Sequence record: NC_019401.1
Reading direction: 5' to 3' (one strand)
Length of the DNA stretch: 64,000 nt
The translations under genes were made by a program, and so were the position numbers. Below, piece by piece: positions 24,917 through 35,090 of the stretch (positions within the stretch are counted from its first letter, which is position 1; each line of letters starts with the position of its first letter). The notes beneath the pieces are model-generated. The model did not search any database. It saw only the letters and a program-made list of their open reading frames with translations, and was not told the DNA's origin.

Positions 24917-25498
24917 ATGGACATACAAAAATACGAAGTACTGAAAAAGATATACTTGAATACTTGGGAGCATATTGTTCCCATGATGCCAGTACAGCGT
25001 GATATAGCAAGACGCAAACTTGATGAAAGATACTCTGCTGATTACAGTACTTGGAGAGATGGAGAAGGATATAATCACTTTTTCCGTCTATACGATATAG
25101 ACTACGGTGAATTCAATTCTGGTTTAGTATTTGAGATGAGTTACAATACTAGTACTAAGTACTTCAGTACTTTCAGTACCAACAGTATTCGCATTGCTCA
25201 CTGGAAACCTGATCATCCACGATTCTATGCACTGTACGATCCAGAGAATGCTAACGATGGTTATATTCATACTTTCATTCAATTTCCTTGTGATACTGAT
25301 TACTTCTTTCAACGTATGCTTGTACAGGAAACATTGGAGTACGAGGATTACGAACTGTGGGATACAGAGGTACAGGTAATGCGTGAAGTACTGAAAGATC
25401 ATCCAGCACTAAGTGTAGGTATGATGTGTAATGACCCTGATTTACATCCTGACGTAGTAGTGTACTTCGCACAACAATTTTTTCAAAGAGAGTACTGA
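24917..25498 (+). CDS. FQL-motif paralog family protein
   Basis: DYFFQRMLVQETL motif. Confidence 0.8.
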   Translation: MDIQKYEVLKKIYLNTWEHIVPMMPVQRDIARRKLDERYSADYSTWRDGEGYNHFFRLYDIDYGEFNSGLVFEMSYNTSTKYFSTFSTNSIRIAHWKPDHPRFYALYDPENANDGYIHTFIQFPCDTDYFFQRMLVQETLEYEDYELWDTEVQVMREVLKDHPALSVGMMCNDPDLHPDVVVYFAQQFFQREY

Positions 25499-26122
25499 AT
25501 GATAGAAGAACTACAATTTCAAACCACGATAATCAAAGAATTATGTACTATGTACAAAACAATACTACCATTGTTACAGAAGCAAGAGGAAGCTGGATAC
25601 ACTGGTTCACGAAGGTACTTTAATAGTTTTCACAGTACTGTATTCAATGCACAACTTGAATGTACTGTGACGTTGAATCCTACAGCAGCAAGCATTACTT
25701 ACATTAGTCCTAAATTATACAAAAGTGTATCTCAAACTTTTTGTACTGTTTATAACAAGAGAATGAATGAACGTATTACGAGTATGTACAATTCATTTTC
25801 ATTACTACGAATGTATGGTTCTGTGGATGATTCTATGCTATTAGTTAAGGATGATCATGACAGTATAATCAAGTTAGCTGATTCGTATGACGATGATATA
25901 CTTGAAGCTATGGCATTTCAATTACTGACAAAGTATGATCCAGTGCGGGTACAAGCTATCTTACTTGATCAGGTTTTGTACTGTGATATAAAGGATTTCA
26001 AAAGGATAGTTGTACAGATGGTTCCATTTAGTGGTTTAGGCACTGATAAAGAGAATGAATTAATAAAGGCGTTTAACCATACAGTACTAGGATTGCAGCA
26101 TGAAATTGAAAATCTTTCTTGA
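25499..26122 (+). CDS. FQL-motif paralog family protein
   Basis: EAMAFQLLTKYD motif. Confidence 0.8.
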   Translation: MIEELQFQTTIIKELCTMYKTILPLLQKQEEAGYTGSRRYFNSFHSTVFNAQLECTVTLNPTAASITYISPKLYKSVSQTFCTVYNKRMNERITSMYNSFSLLRMYGSVDDSMLLVKDDHDSIIKLADSYDDDILEAMAFQLLTKYDPVRVQAILLDQVLYCDIKDFKRIVVQMVPFSGLGTDKENELIKAFNHTVLGLQHEIENLS

Positions 26123-26672
26123 GTTATATAAGATATTCGAAGAAATTTACCGAAACGTGAAGAATAATTCTCATATTCGTTTTCACCGTCTTGGACGGTT
26201 AAGTACTGGCAGGGAGTTTGTTATAAGTGCTGATCGAGTATATGTTTACATGGAATTGCAGGATGGTAATTCTATGTTAGATTTTATCAAGATTACTGAC
26301 AGTGATGGTACTCAGATACACAGTACTTTAAGGGATGACAGACTCTTTCGTTATCCTACTAAGTACGCAACAACATTAAGGCATGGTATCTACCGTGAGA
26401 GTTCTGGAGTGTTATTCAAAGCACCTAACACGTTTCCTTTCCTTAATAATGTACCGATGGATGAAGATGTTTTAGAGCCTCTTATGTTCCAGTTAAGTAC
26501 AAAGTACACTATCAATGAAGTTAATGCTATGGTACTGGCTAATGCATTTGAGGAAATTCACAAGGGTCGTTATCATCAGCCTGGTATTAGCATTGATTTC
26601 AATTCATTTGATATGTTAACGGATGAAGAACTTTTAGAATTAACTTCACTAATACCACTGATGGTAAGTTAA
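26100..26672 (+). CDS. FQL-motif paralog family protein
   Basis: EPLMFQLSTKYT motif. Confidence 0.8.
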   Translation: MKLKIFLELYKIFEEIYRNVKNNSHIRFHRLGRLSTGREFVISADRVYVYMELQDGNSMLDFIKITDSDGTQIHSTLRDDRLFRYPTKYATTLRHGIYRESSGVLFKAPNTFPFLNNVPMDEDVLEPLMFQLSTKYTINEVNAMVLANAFEEIHKGRYHQPGISIDFNSFDMLTDEELLELTSLIPLMVS

Positions 26673-26673
26673 C

Positions 26674-27291
26674 ATGGGATATACAATTCAAAAGTACGAG
26701 TACTTTAAAGAAGTACTGGCAATGATTGGAACATTTGAGCAGGGTTTGTTTGGTGATTTAGAGTATAACGACCACGATGTAGTACGTTTACGTTTAGTCA
26801 GAGCCAGGGATGATCGAATGACATTTAATGCTTATGTAATTGGTCACGATTATGATTATAATATTTTCAGTTCAACGTGGTTGTATCGTGATTGTTTAAC
26901 TAACTTTACTAATTATAGTATTACTCAGCGTGAAGTACTGAGTACTACATATTACCAGTACAGGGATAATGAATTCATTGTTAAATCTCAGGATGGGTTA
27001 TTTGATTCAAAGGTATCGACGCTGCAATATCCTATACAAGAGGATGAGTACTTTCAGCAATTGACCCGAATCGATTTACCGCCGGAAGATGAGATTGAAC
27101 GTTTCATGACAGTTTCTAAAGAAATCATTTCTCGGTATCCTGAATTTGTAGGATTCACATTTCACGGTGGAACAATGATGCAAGAAATAAATGAAACGAA
27201 CCATGAAAATATGGTACAATCAGTTATGGATTGCATGAATGAGTTGGTTAAGCTTGAGATGGAACGTAAAAATGGTGGCATTTTAGAATGA
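26674..27291 (+). CDS. FQL-motif paralog family protein
   Basis: EDEYFQQLTRIDLP motif. Confidence 0.8.
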   Translation: MGYTIQKYEYFKEVLAMIGTFEQGLFGDLEYNDHDVVRLRLVRARDDRMTFNAYVIGHDYDYNIFSSTWLYRDCLTNFTNYSITQREVLSTTYYQYRDNEFIVKSQDGLFDSKVSTLQYPIQEDEYFQQLTRIDLPPEDEIERFMTVSKEIISRYPEFVGFTFHGGTMMQEINETNHENMVQSVMDCMNELVKLEMERKNGGILE

Positions 27292-27385
27292 TAAATAAGT
27301 GTTATCCAAAAATTAATTGGTCAAAAAATAGTCAAAAAAATTTCCGCTTCTCATTATAGTTATCAAGATAAAATGGCGGCGGCAC

Positions 27386-28009
27386 GTGGCGACGGGGAAA
27401 GGTACGAGCAGGATGATTCATTGTGTGTTATTAAAAGAGTTTCATGAAAAGTACTCAGATTTTATTGCAGTTGCTGAGTCTTTCCGTGTACCGCTTATAA
27501 AAAGAAATTTCGATACACAGCATAAGTTATGTAATATGGGCGGGTCACATGGTCAGTACAGTGCACGTTTTAAAGTACATGACGATTCGGTGGCTATTCA
27601 GGTTAACGGTAATAATTTTAGTCTAACGTACTGTTCAATGTTCTATAAGGATATAGTGAACAAAAATGTTTTTTTCAGTACTGATACTACTGCTGAGATT
27701 GAATTTGGTAATCCACAAATAAAAGATGAATTTAAAGTTTGTGGCGGCGGGTTCGAGCGGAATATGTCATACCCTATTCTTGAAGAACAGTACTTTCAGT
27801 ACTTGACAAGTGCACCTTTAAGTAGTGAAGAAGTGTATAATTATTTTAATAGTATTGATATTGATCATAATTGTACTATTCAACTTATTGCACAGAATAA
27901 TGGTATTCAAGATTTCAAAAATGTAATGCAAGATGTTACCGCAATGAAAGAGCTAAAACGGCATCTGGACTTGGTTAGTCATGCATATAAAATGACGAAT
28001 GGATTATGA
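27386..28009 (+). CDS. FQL-motif paralog family protein
   Basis: EEQYFQYLTSAPL motif; start may be ATG 27413. Confidence 0.75.
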   Translation: MATGKGTSRMIHCVLLKEFHEKYSDFIAVAESFRVPLIKRNFDTQHKLCNMGGSHGQYSARFKVHDDSVAIQVNGNNFSLTYCSMFYKDIVNKNVFFSTDTTAEIEFGNPQIKDEFKVCGGGFERNMSYPILEEQYFQYLTSAPLSSEEVYNYFNSIDIDHNCTIQLIAQNNGIQDFKNVMQDVTAMKELKRHLDLVSHAYKMTNGL

Positions 28010-28509
28010 GTAAGAAGATATTCGAACAAGCAAAGAGATATGTTGATAAAGTACTTTATATATTTTCGGTAATGGACAAATGTGAACGCTTACCCGAAAG
28101 TGATATGTATTACTACAAAAAGTACAAGTTCCAAAAAAATGACATATGCTGGCGTAGTAGTTCTGCCTACGCTTTTACAGTACTGGCAAGTCGTCGGGAT
28201 ACTTGGAGAAAATCAAAAGTTAATTTGTGTATTGACAGTACTGGTCGAAATTCTATGGTCAATTCTGATAGACCATTTATGGGTATTACTGAATATTCAG
28301 ATGATGTTGATTTTCAGTTAAGTACTTTATACGACGATAAAGAATTGTATGAGTATTATGTAGGTTCATTATTGTATACTGCTGGTTTCCGTGGATTTGT
28401 AAAAAAAGATATTAGCCATAATACATTGAATGCATTTATGAGAAACGCTGATGACATGTATAAAAATCGAGATAAGTTATGGTACAATCGCAGATCATTC
28501 GCCTCCTAG
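28006..28509 (+). CDS. FQL-motif paralog family protein
   Basis: DDVDFQLSTLYD motif. Confidence 0.75.
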   Translation: MSKKIFEQAKRYVDKVLYIFSVMDKCERLPESDMYYYKKYKFQKNDICWRSSSAYAFTVLASRRDTWRKSKVNLCIDSTGRNSMVNSDRPFMGITEYSDDVDFQLSTLYDDKELYEYYVGSLLYTAGFRGFVKKDISHNTLNAFMRNADDMYKNRDKLWYNRRSFAS

Positions 28510-29072
28510 AAATAGTTAAGATGTTACACAAAATTCGCGGCAAACGTCTCAGTTATAACTGGAGTGATGGTGCTGCACGTGATTACTTCCATAAAAAGTG
28601 TGATACTTTTTACGAGTCGTTATCATTCAATGTAGACGAAACGATTACTTACAATACACCCCATACAAGATTCAAGCTAACAAATTGTTATATATCAAGT
28701 ACTGGCGTTGCTTTTGGTGAAAGTTGTGTTATGGATGTTTGCTTTGATACTGCATGGTTTCTTAATGGTATAGATAAACATTCTAAAAGAATCGTACTGA
28801 ACAACATAGAACAAGATGAAATGCAATTAGTTGTTGATGAACAAAAAAATTGTATAATTTTAAAAGAAGTTCAGCTTACTGAAGAATGGTTATTCCAGCT
28901 TATGACATTGTATGATATTCCTTCATACAGTGACATTCTAATCTTTAAAGAAATAAGAGAACATATGATGCAGTACTCATACCCTATGAGTTTTTCTGTA
29001 TCTTATAACAACGTAAATCATTTAGATTTATTCTTCGAAAAAATACATGGCTATCTGGAAGAACTTATATGA
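28479..29072 (+). CDS. FQL-motif paralog family protein
   Basis: EEWLFQLMTLYDIP motif. Confidence 0.8.
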   Translation: MVQSQIIRLLEIVKMLHKIRGKRLSYNWSDGAARDYFHKKCDTFYESLSFNVDETITYNTPHTRFKLTNCYISSTGVAFGESCVMDVCFDTAWFLNGIDKHSKRIVLNNIEQDEMQLVVDEQKNCIILKEVQLTEEWLFQLMTLYDIPSYSDILIFKEIREHMMQYSYPMSFSVSYNNVNHLDLFFEKIHGYLEELI

Positions 29073-29497
29073 TCGTATTCCATGCAAGTACTGTAAAAAT
29101 TAATGACTTTTATATTCCGTATGGTGGTTTACATTTTGGCGGGATGCATAGTGCATTGGAATGTGCACTAAGAAAATTATACCAGGGGAAAGAAGCTGGA
29201 TACGACATAGATACTATTCATATTCACCGTTGTGAATTGACTGGTTCGAAGTACTATGAATCTGATGATTTAGGTTCTGATGTGGGCTGGAGAAAGCTTT
29301 ATAATAATTTAACCAAAAATAATGTTGATTTTCAAATTGTTAAATATATCAACAAATATGAGCCTGACGTATTACCATCATATTGTGTATTCGATACAAG
29401 TATGGTGAAGATTCTCGACCACAGTACTATGCATATTGACCGAGTAGAAGATATTCTAAATGGAGTTTTCAGTGATGAATACCGATATAATTATTAA
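29069..29497 (+). CDS. putative ADP-ribosyltransferase-fold protein (ART-PolyVal-like)
   Basis: FHAS, GLHFG, and C-terminal YINKYE....SYCVFD...VKIL. Confidence 0.5.
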   Translation: MIVFHASTVKINDFYIPYGGLHFGGMHSALECALRKLYQGKEAGYDIDTIHIHRCELTGSKYYESDDLGSDVGWRKLYNNLTKNNVDFQIVKYINKYEPDVLPSYCVFDTSMVKILDHSTMHIDRVEDILNGVFSDEYRYNY

Positions 29498-30011
29498 AAT
29501 GTTGAAGTTGATGGAACGTGCAGAACGGGTTGAGAAGTCAATTGATTCCAGCGAACTTATGTTGTCTAAAGAATTGGCTGGTTTTGAAAATCACTATGAT
29601 ATAAGTTTTGATAAAGGGAACCGAATTATTTGTCATTTCTGGTACATGAATGACGGGGATAAGTTCTGGCGTTCACATGAAATATTCAAGATTTCATTTT
29701 CTGACATTGATGCATCAAGTAATATTCACACGTACTGTTTAACGTATTCCCCATTAAACAAAAGTTGTTCAGTTCATGGAGTTCAACATTTTAAAATTGT
29801 AGAACCTTATGAGTTTGATGAAGCATTATATTTTCAAAAGTTAACCCAACATAATTTACCGGATGAACAAGATTACATTGATGCCTGTGAAATTTTAAAA
29901 TCCATATGGAAAGGAAATTTCGTATATCTGTATCTTAATTTCCATGAACTGGAAACTCATATTAAACATGTTGAAAATTTAATTTTACAATCGGAGAGTT
30001 TACATGCTTAA
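29460..30011 (+). CDS. FQL-motif paralog family protein
   Basis: DEALYFQKLTQHNLP motif; start may be 29475. Confidence 0.75.
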   Translation: MEFSVMNTDIIIKMLKLMERAERVEKSIDSSELMLSKELAGFENHYDISFDKGNRIICHFWYMNDGDKFWRSHEIFKISFSDIDASSNIHTYCLTYSPLNKSCSVHGVQHFKIVEPYEFDEALYFQKLTQHNLPDEQDYIDACEILKSIWKGNFVYLYLNFHELETHIKHVENLILQSESLHA

Positions 30012-30447
30012 TATTATTGAAAACATTGATCCTATTAATTACATCATCCAAGATGTACTAAGTAAAATCAACGGACTTGATTTAGCTCCGCGTAACAACT
30101 TTTACATCGGTGATGGATACTCACTGGACGTACAAGAAGTAAGAAAGAATTCATACAAGTTAAAAGTACGGACACAGAACTTACAGGATCTTTGTAACAT
30201 CGGGATCGATAAGAAGAATATGATTATTCGATACAGTCCTGAATTTTTCTTTATCCACGATGGTAAAGAGTTAAGTACTAATCTGTTTGATGGTACTTTT
30301 TGTATAGAAGATTTGCCCCAGGTGTTTGATAAGAATGGTGCTGTTTTTGGCTTGCCAGTCGATTTCGACTATGATACAATGCAGCAGACGATACAAATGT
30401 GCCGTAGAGTTCACGAAGAATTCTTGCGGAAACTCGCTTCATCATAA
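30004..30447 (+). CDS. hypothetical protein
   Basis: Overlapping-start ORF in operon. Confidence 0.75.
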   Translation: MLNIIENIDPINYIIQDVLSKINGLDLAPRNNFYIGDGYSLDVQEVRKNSYKLKVRTQNLQDLCNIGIDKKNMIIRYSPEFFFIHDGKELSTNLFDGTFCIEDLPQVFDKNGAVFGLPVDFDYDTMQQTIQMCRRVHEEFLRKLASS

Positions 30448-30470
30448 TAAAAGTACTGCTCATGGATGAG

Positions 30471-30478
30471 TATAAATA
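30471..30478 (+). promoter_or_regulatory. T4-type late promoter TATAAATA
   Basis: Exact T4 late consensus in intergenic gap about 50 nt before ATG. Confidence 0.55.
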
Positions 30479-30526
30479 CTTTTAGAGCACTGGAGAGTGC
30501 ATAAAAGAGTTCAAGGGAGTGAACAC

Positions 30527-31003
30527 ATGAATATTATTCAAAAAGAGAATGGGCCGATTGATGATGTGATCACTAATGACGCCTTTGAAGTACATGGGCT
30601 AATGTTTTCTATTAAAGATATTGTACAATGTCTTTTTCTATGTAGTTCTACAATGCACGAATTTTTCAATAATCCAATGTGCAATTGTTTTGCAGTTACA
30701 GTAAACAGTACTGATAAGTGGATTATGGCAACTCCGATGACCATGAATACTGAATTTAATGAATGTGTCATGCGAAATAACAAGGGTAAAACCCCACAAT
30801 CTGAAGTAGAAAAGCTTCGGAATACTTATACTAAACCTGACGATAAACATATTTTAATGTTCTTATCTAAAGGGTACGTTATGGATAACTTTACAGTACG
30901 TGAAAGTTATCATGATTTCCTCTTTACTGAGGGCGAGCCTCATGTTATGATTACTTCAGAAGACATAGAGAGCTTAACACTAAAGAACCCATATTTGGAG
31001 TAA
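30527..31003 (+). CDS. hypothetical protein (possibly late)
   Basis: GGAG RBS; start reassigned. Confidence 0.75.
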   Translation: MNIIQKENGPIDDVITNDAFEVHGLMFSIKDIVQCLFLCSSTMHEFFNNPMCNCFAVTVNSTDKWIMATPMTMNTEFNECVMRNNKGKTPQSEVEKLRNTYTKPDDKHILMFLSKGYVMDNFTVRESYHDFLFTEGEPHVMITSEDIESLTLKNPYLE

Positions 31004-31006
31004 TAA

Positions 31007-31177
31007 ATGGCTAAGTCTAAGAAGACTGAAAAGTTAGTTGTGAATAATCCGGTTGCAAAGCACATGGAAACGTTCAACAAACCTAAAACTTTTGTTGATC
31101 AGAAGAAAGAATCTAAAAAGGGTAAGACCAAACATAAAGGACGCTATGATGCGTCCTTTGACGTTTCTGGAAAGTAA
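31007..31177 (+). CDS. 56-aa basic ArfA-like protein
   Basis: Not in ORF track. GGAG RBS; MAKSKKTEKLVVNNPVAKHMETFNKPKTFVDQKKESKKGKTKHKGRYDASFDVSGK. Confidence 0.7.
   Translation: MAKSKKTEKLVVNNPVAKHMETFNKPKTFVDQKKESKKGKTKHKGRYDASFDVSGK
31136..31166 (+). terminator. terminator-like hairpin inside the ArfA-like ORF, upstream of its stop codon
   Basis: AAAGGACGC-TATGAT-GCGTCCTTT, perfect 9-bp stem; tail TTTGACGTTT is an imperfect U tract. Confidence 0.55.
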
Positions 31178-31180
31178 TAA

Positions 31181-32068
31181 ATGTTGGATTTTAAACAGTA
31201 CTCGATAAAAGAATGTATTGAACAAGCATGTTTTGGAAAGTGGCATTCGCCTTTAATAATTGGAACTACTGAAAACAAATTCGATTCATATATCGGTCAA
31301 ACAAGTTTTACACAGTACTACACATATAATGATGAAAAATTTATGGCGTGGAGTACATGGTATGATGGTAGAGAATATGAACCGAATAAAGAATTTGAAT
31401 TCACTGTTAAAACACAAGAACCAGATTTTCGTGATCGTTCATATCATTTGCATTATATACTTCGACGATTCGATGAAATATTAGAATTAAAGAATATCGG
31501 CTTCGCATATAAAATTAAGAAAGATGGTTCAAAATATCTTAGTAAGAAACGTTACGAATTTAAAAACAAAACACTAAGAATGGATGTATTACGCAATGAA
31601 TATACTTGGTACTACGAATCTCATCAATATATGAAGAAGATTAATAAAAATAAAACATCTGAACATTATGTTAGATTCAAAGGTACTGAATTAGAAATTC
31701 GCGAGAACTATAATTCCAAGGGTGTTTGCACGAGAAGTTTGCTGCATATAGGTGATGGTAGATCCATTCAGATTCATTTGAAGAAAGGCGTGGTTTCTGC
31801 TTACTGCCAATGTGAATTTGGTACATTAAAAAATTGTACTATTAACTTGCCGTACTTAAATGATGCGTCAGTACTTAATTTGTATGATACTACGAATTGT
31901 TTTAATCTGGATTTAATGATTCCTCACAATGAATTATTTGAAGCATATACTAGTTCATTGAAATTATTAAAGCATAATATAACACGATGTGTGTATAACG
32001 ATGAACATGTAAATCCAGTACTTCGAACTATGATGGAACATATACAAGAATATGAAAAGAAAAATTAA
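31181..32068 (+). CDS. hypothetical protein
   Basis: Long ORF, Y/K-rich. Confidence 0.8.
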   Translation: MLDFKQYSIKECIEQACFGKWHSPLIIGTTENKFDSYIGQTSFTQYYTYNDEKFMAWSTWYDGREYEPNKEFEFTVKTQEPDFRDRSYHLHYILRRFDEILELKNIGFAYKIKKDGSKYLSKKRYEFKNKTLRMDVLRNEYTWYYESHQYMKKINKNKTSEHYVRFKGTELEIRENYNSKGVCTRSLLHIGDGRSIQIHLKKGVVSAYCQCEFGTLKNCTINLPYLNDASVLNLYDTTNCFNLDLMIPHNELFEAYTSSLKLLKHNITRCVYNDEHVNPVLRTMMEHIQEYEKKN

Positions 32069-32372
32069 ATTCAAAGATGGTATTCCAAAATTCATATGGT
32101 TAGGTTCACGAGGATACCCACGTGATTCAGAAAAGATGCAATACAATGATGGGTCAACTATTCATATAAGTACTGCTCCTAACTACAAGGCTGCACTAGA
32201 AAGAATTTACACATCATCTATTCATCTAAATGAAAAAGACAGTGAAAAGTATTTCTTTGCATTGTTGCAGTACTTAGATGATGAGGACGAGGATACCTTT
32301 TATCTTATGTTTGAAGATTTTAAAGAATGGCATAAGGTAATAGATATGGATCATAAAAGTGAAACAGAATAA
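32052..32372 (+). CDS. hypothetical protein
   Basis: Overlapping-start ORF. Confidence 0.7.
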   Translation: MKRKIKFKDGIPKFIWLGSRGYPRDSEKMQYNDGSTIHISTAPNYKAALERIYTSSIHLNEKDSEKYFFALLQYLDDEDEDTFYLMFEDFKEWHKVIDMDHKSETE

Positions 32373-32388
32373 AAATTTATGGTATAAT
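32361..32388 (+). promoter_or_regulatory. putative phage middle promoter GAAACR-N13-TGGTATAAT
   Basis: Identical spacing at 35079 and 58485. Confidence 0.6.
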
Positions 32389-32415
32389 GTACGCACCTAA
32401 ACGAGAGGGTTAATA

Positions 32416-32811
32416 ATGAACAAATCACATTCAGGTTTTCTAAAAGCAATTACTGGTGTAGTACTAATCAGTAAAGATGGCGAAGATATGCTTTGCTGCT
32501 TAGAAGATATGCAAAGCACTAAACATTTTACTATTGGACAGATTTTTACAGCAGTTCGTGTTCTGTACGGTAAAAGTGTTAATGATTATGGTACTCTATG
32601 GCCTAAGTTCCGGGTACATTCAAATGGTCCAATTTCTAATGATTGGATTGCACTACAACAGATCCATGATAATTGTGAATCGGACTACGAATTTTTAGTA
32701 GCAGCGTGTGAGCAATTAAAAGAAGAAGTACCAGATGTTGTGCCACGTGCTGAAGTAGAAAAACAACTTCAAGTATTCAAAGGCGTCATCACGGATCTAG
32801 CAACAAATTAA
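32416..32811 (+). CDS. hypothetical protein
   Basis: GAGG RBS. Confidence 0.8.
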   Translation: MNKSHSGFLKAITGVVLISKDGEDMLCCLEDMQSTKHFTIGQIFTAVRVLYGKSVNDYGTLWPKFRVHSNGPISNDWIALQQIHDNCESDYEFLVAACEQLKEEVPDVVPRAEVEKQLQVFKGVITDLATN

Positions 32812-32833
32812 TGTAATATAAAGGGATTAAATT

Positions 32834-33184
32834 ATGTCAAACGGAAATGACAAATTCAACATGTTCGAAGACTTCGAAGAAGCAAAAGTAAGAAAAGTAC
32901 TTCATGATGATTCACAAGACGAGAATGATGTTGATAATGAATACAATGATGACGTTGAGATTGTTAGCGTCACAATGAAAACTGAAAGTCGTAAGAAATT
33001 CGCTGCATCAGTAGTTTCGCGTTCACAAGAAGATTACGAAACATTTATTGAATCAGTGCATTACGAAACTCTAACTCATCCAGTTAGTGGTGTTCAATAT
33101 CAGGTCAAAGTAACTGTACTAAAACCAGAAATTAACCCACAAGAGCTACTTCGTCCTGCTTACGCTTACAGTACTAACCATTAA
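32834..33184 (+). CDS. hypothetical acidic protein
   Basis: AAGGG RBS. Confidence 0.75.
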   Translation: MSNGNDKFNMFEDFEEAKVRKVLHDDSQDENDVDNEYNDDVEIVSVTMKTESRKKFAASVVSRSQEDYETFIESVHYETLTHPVSGVQYQVKVTVLKPEINPQELLRPAYAYSTNH

Positions 33185-33189
33185 TTATT

Positions 33190-33211
33190 AGGGGCTTCAA
33201 TGCCCCTTTTA
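33190..33211 (+). terminator. intrinsic terminator
   Basis: AGGGGC-TTCAAT-GCCCCT plus T run. Confidence 0.7.
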
Positions 33212-33226
33212 TATAGGAATAACATA

Positions 33227-33553
33227 ATGTCAGCAGGATTTATTGCGTTTTTACTATACGTAGCAGTAGGAGTTTTATTTGCACTGTATATTGGCATATA
33301 CCATTTCGTATCGCTATGGCAATATATCAAACAGCTTTACACTGCACGATATTTAACTCCAACAGAAATCAAAACATATTTTGGTTTTAAGTTTTGGTGG
33401 GATCGTGATTGTGATAGTTGGATTGAAATTTCAATTATGAGTCTACTTCGCACACTCTTGCTGATGCTTATTTCGATATTTATTTGGCCTATTTGCGTTT
33501 TCTTTGTTCTAAACATGAGCATTCAACGAGCACGTGAGAGATTGGAAAATTGA
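33227..33553 (+). CDS. hypothetical membrane protein
   Basis: Two hydrophobic helices; start reassigned. Confidence 0.75.
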   Translation: MSAGFIAFLLYVAVGVLFALYIGIYHFVSLWQYIKQLYTARYLTPTEIKTYFGFKFWWDRDCDSWIEISIMSLLRTLLLMLISIFIWPICVFFVLNMSIQRARERLEN

Positions 33554-34308
33554 ATATACAAGAAATCTGTAAAGAACAATCTGTATGGAATGACAAGATA
33601 ATTAGTGCTGCTAATCACATCGACCCCAAACTACTTGGTGTTTTGTCTTTTCAGGATTTGTTTAATGACAAATATGGTGATAATTCACTATTGGAGCGAT
33701 ACAACAATGAAGTATACCCATTAATTCACCAGTATAAAGTTTTCATGCAAGATAAAACTGAAAAGTACTTACTGAATTTTATCAATGATATTTCGTGTCT
33801 AGTTGATAGTACTGGATACGATTCTCGTACTGGTGAGGATACTACTTCATTTAATTGTTTCCATGATATACCAGAGACATATATACCTTCACTGGAAATT
33901 GAATTTATATGGCACTCAGTAATGGAGATGCGATATATTTCATATAAACCATTCTGGTGTAATCACGGTTATACCCTACATGGTAATAACGAAACTATTT
34001 GTGTGTCTAGTTATTCAACACCTAAAGAATTCATCACAGAAAACCGTAAATTGTTCCAAAGAAGTTTTGGTGATACAAACTTAGGTCGTCTTGAGAGAGC
34101 AGTACTATGGAAAGACAATATATTTGATTATCCAGTGTATATGCCAGCATTATCAAGTTACGAAGACCGTGCAATACCTGCATCGTATGAAGAATCAATC
34201 CGTCGCCATCTAATTCTTAAACATGCAATAGAACATAATATTGATGGCATTGTGTATAATTCAATAATTGATGGCGATGGTAGCATAACTCTAGTGAGTA
34301 TAGAATAA
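33550..34308 (+). CDS. hypothetical protein
   Basis: TTG start overlapping upstream stop. Confidence 0.75.
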   Translation: MNIQEICKEQSVWNDKIISAANHIDPKLLGVLSFQDLFNDKYGDNSLLERYNNEVYPLIHQYKVFMQDKTEKYLLNFINDISCLVDSTGYDSRTGEDTTSFNCFHDIPETYIPSLEIEFIWHSVMEMRYISYKPFWCNHGYTLHGNNETICVSSYSTPKEFITENRKLFQRSFGDTNLGRLERAVLWKDNIFDYPVYMPALSSYEDRAIPASYEESIRRHLILKHAIEHNIDGIVYNSIIDGDGSITLVSIE

Positions 34309-35090
34309 TGTTTTTTAATTTCTTTTTATCATTTGAATCATTCCGTTCAGGTTTCAGTGGTTCAGCAAGTAAATCTCAAGCAACGGATGCAAATCAATAT
34401 GTCATTCCGAGGAAACAAAGAACAACATTTAATGCATTATTAGGTTCATTAGCTGCGGTTATGAATAGAGAATCACAATTTCTCTATACAAGTTATGCAA
34501 CTCGCACAGTACTAGTGAATCTTTCTGATGAATCTATGTTCCAGTTAGAGACACTTTGTGTTCCTGAGTACTGTTACTGTACTTATAACCTTGATACTAA
34601 AATTATTGGGTTCGGTAATAGTGTTCTAGAAGCATATGAAGCCACTCGTGAAGACAATATGAAAAGTGGTAATGTTGGTTACGGAGGAAAAGCTAATTAT
34701 AATTACATGATTCAGTTCTTTCCACTGAAAGAAGAAGATGAACCATTTGAATTCACTTGTCCATATGCTTTTTACGAACAAGTTCTGGCTGAATTAAAAC
34801 CATACATTAAGTATGAGAAGAACGCAATGTTCAAGAATTGCACTGATATACTTGAGCGGGAGCAACCTTTTCTTAATAAATTCTTTGAAAGTTATTATGA
34901 AGAAGGTCGTGACCGTTCTGAAAAGTACTATGGTTCGCCCATAAGAACTTATGAGTTCAAACATACTGTTAAGATGTTTATGGAAGACGATCCTGACATT
35001 CTTGAGAAGAAAGATTTTCATGAATCAGGTCTACAGTTTCTAGGTAGTTTGTGTTTTAAAATGATGCAAATGACAGATGAAACGTTTTAA
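34308..35090 (+). CDS. hypothetical protein with FQL-like motif
   Basis: DESMFQLETL motif. Confidence 0.75.
   Translation: MFFNFFLSFESFRSGFSGSASKSQATDANQYVIPRKQRTTFNALLGSLAAVMNRESQFLYTSYATRTVLVNLSDESMFQLETLCVPEYCYCTYNLDTKIIGFGNSVLEAYEATREDNMKSGNVGYGGKANYNYMIQFFPLKEEDEPFEFTCPYAFYEQVLAELKPYIKYEKNAMFKNCTDILEREQPFLNKFFESYYEEGRDRSEKYYGSPIRTYEFKHTVKMFMEDDPDILEKKDFHESGLQFLGSLCFKMMQMTDETF

Noticed and set aside
33550-34308. ART-like C-terminus (IDGIVYN..DG)
   Set aside because: The upstream H and aromatic ART motifs could not be identified
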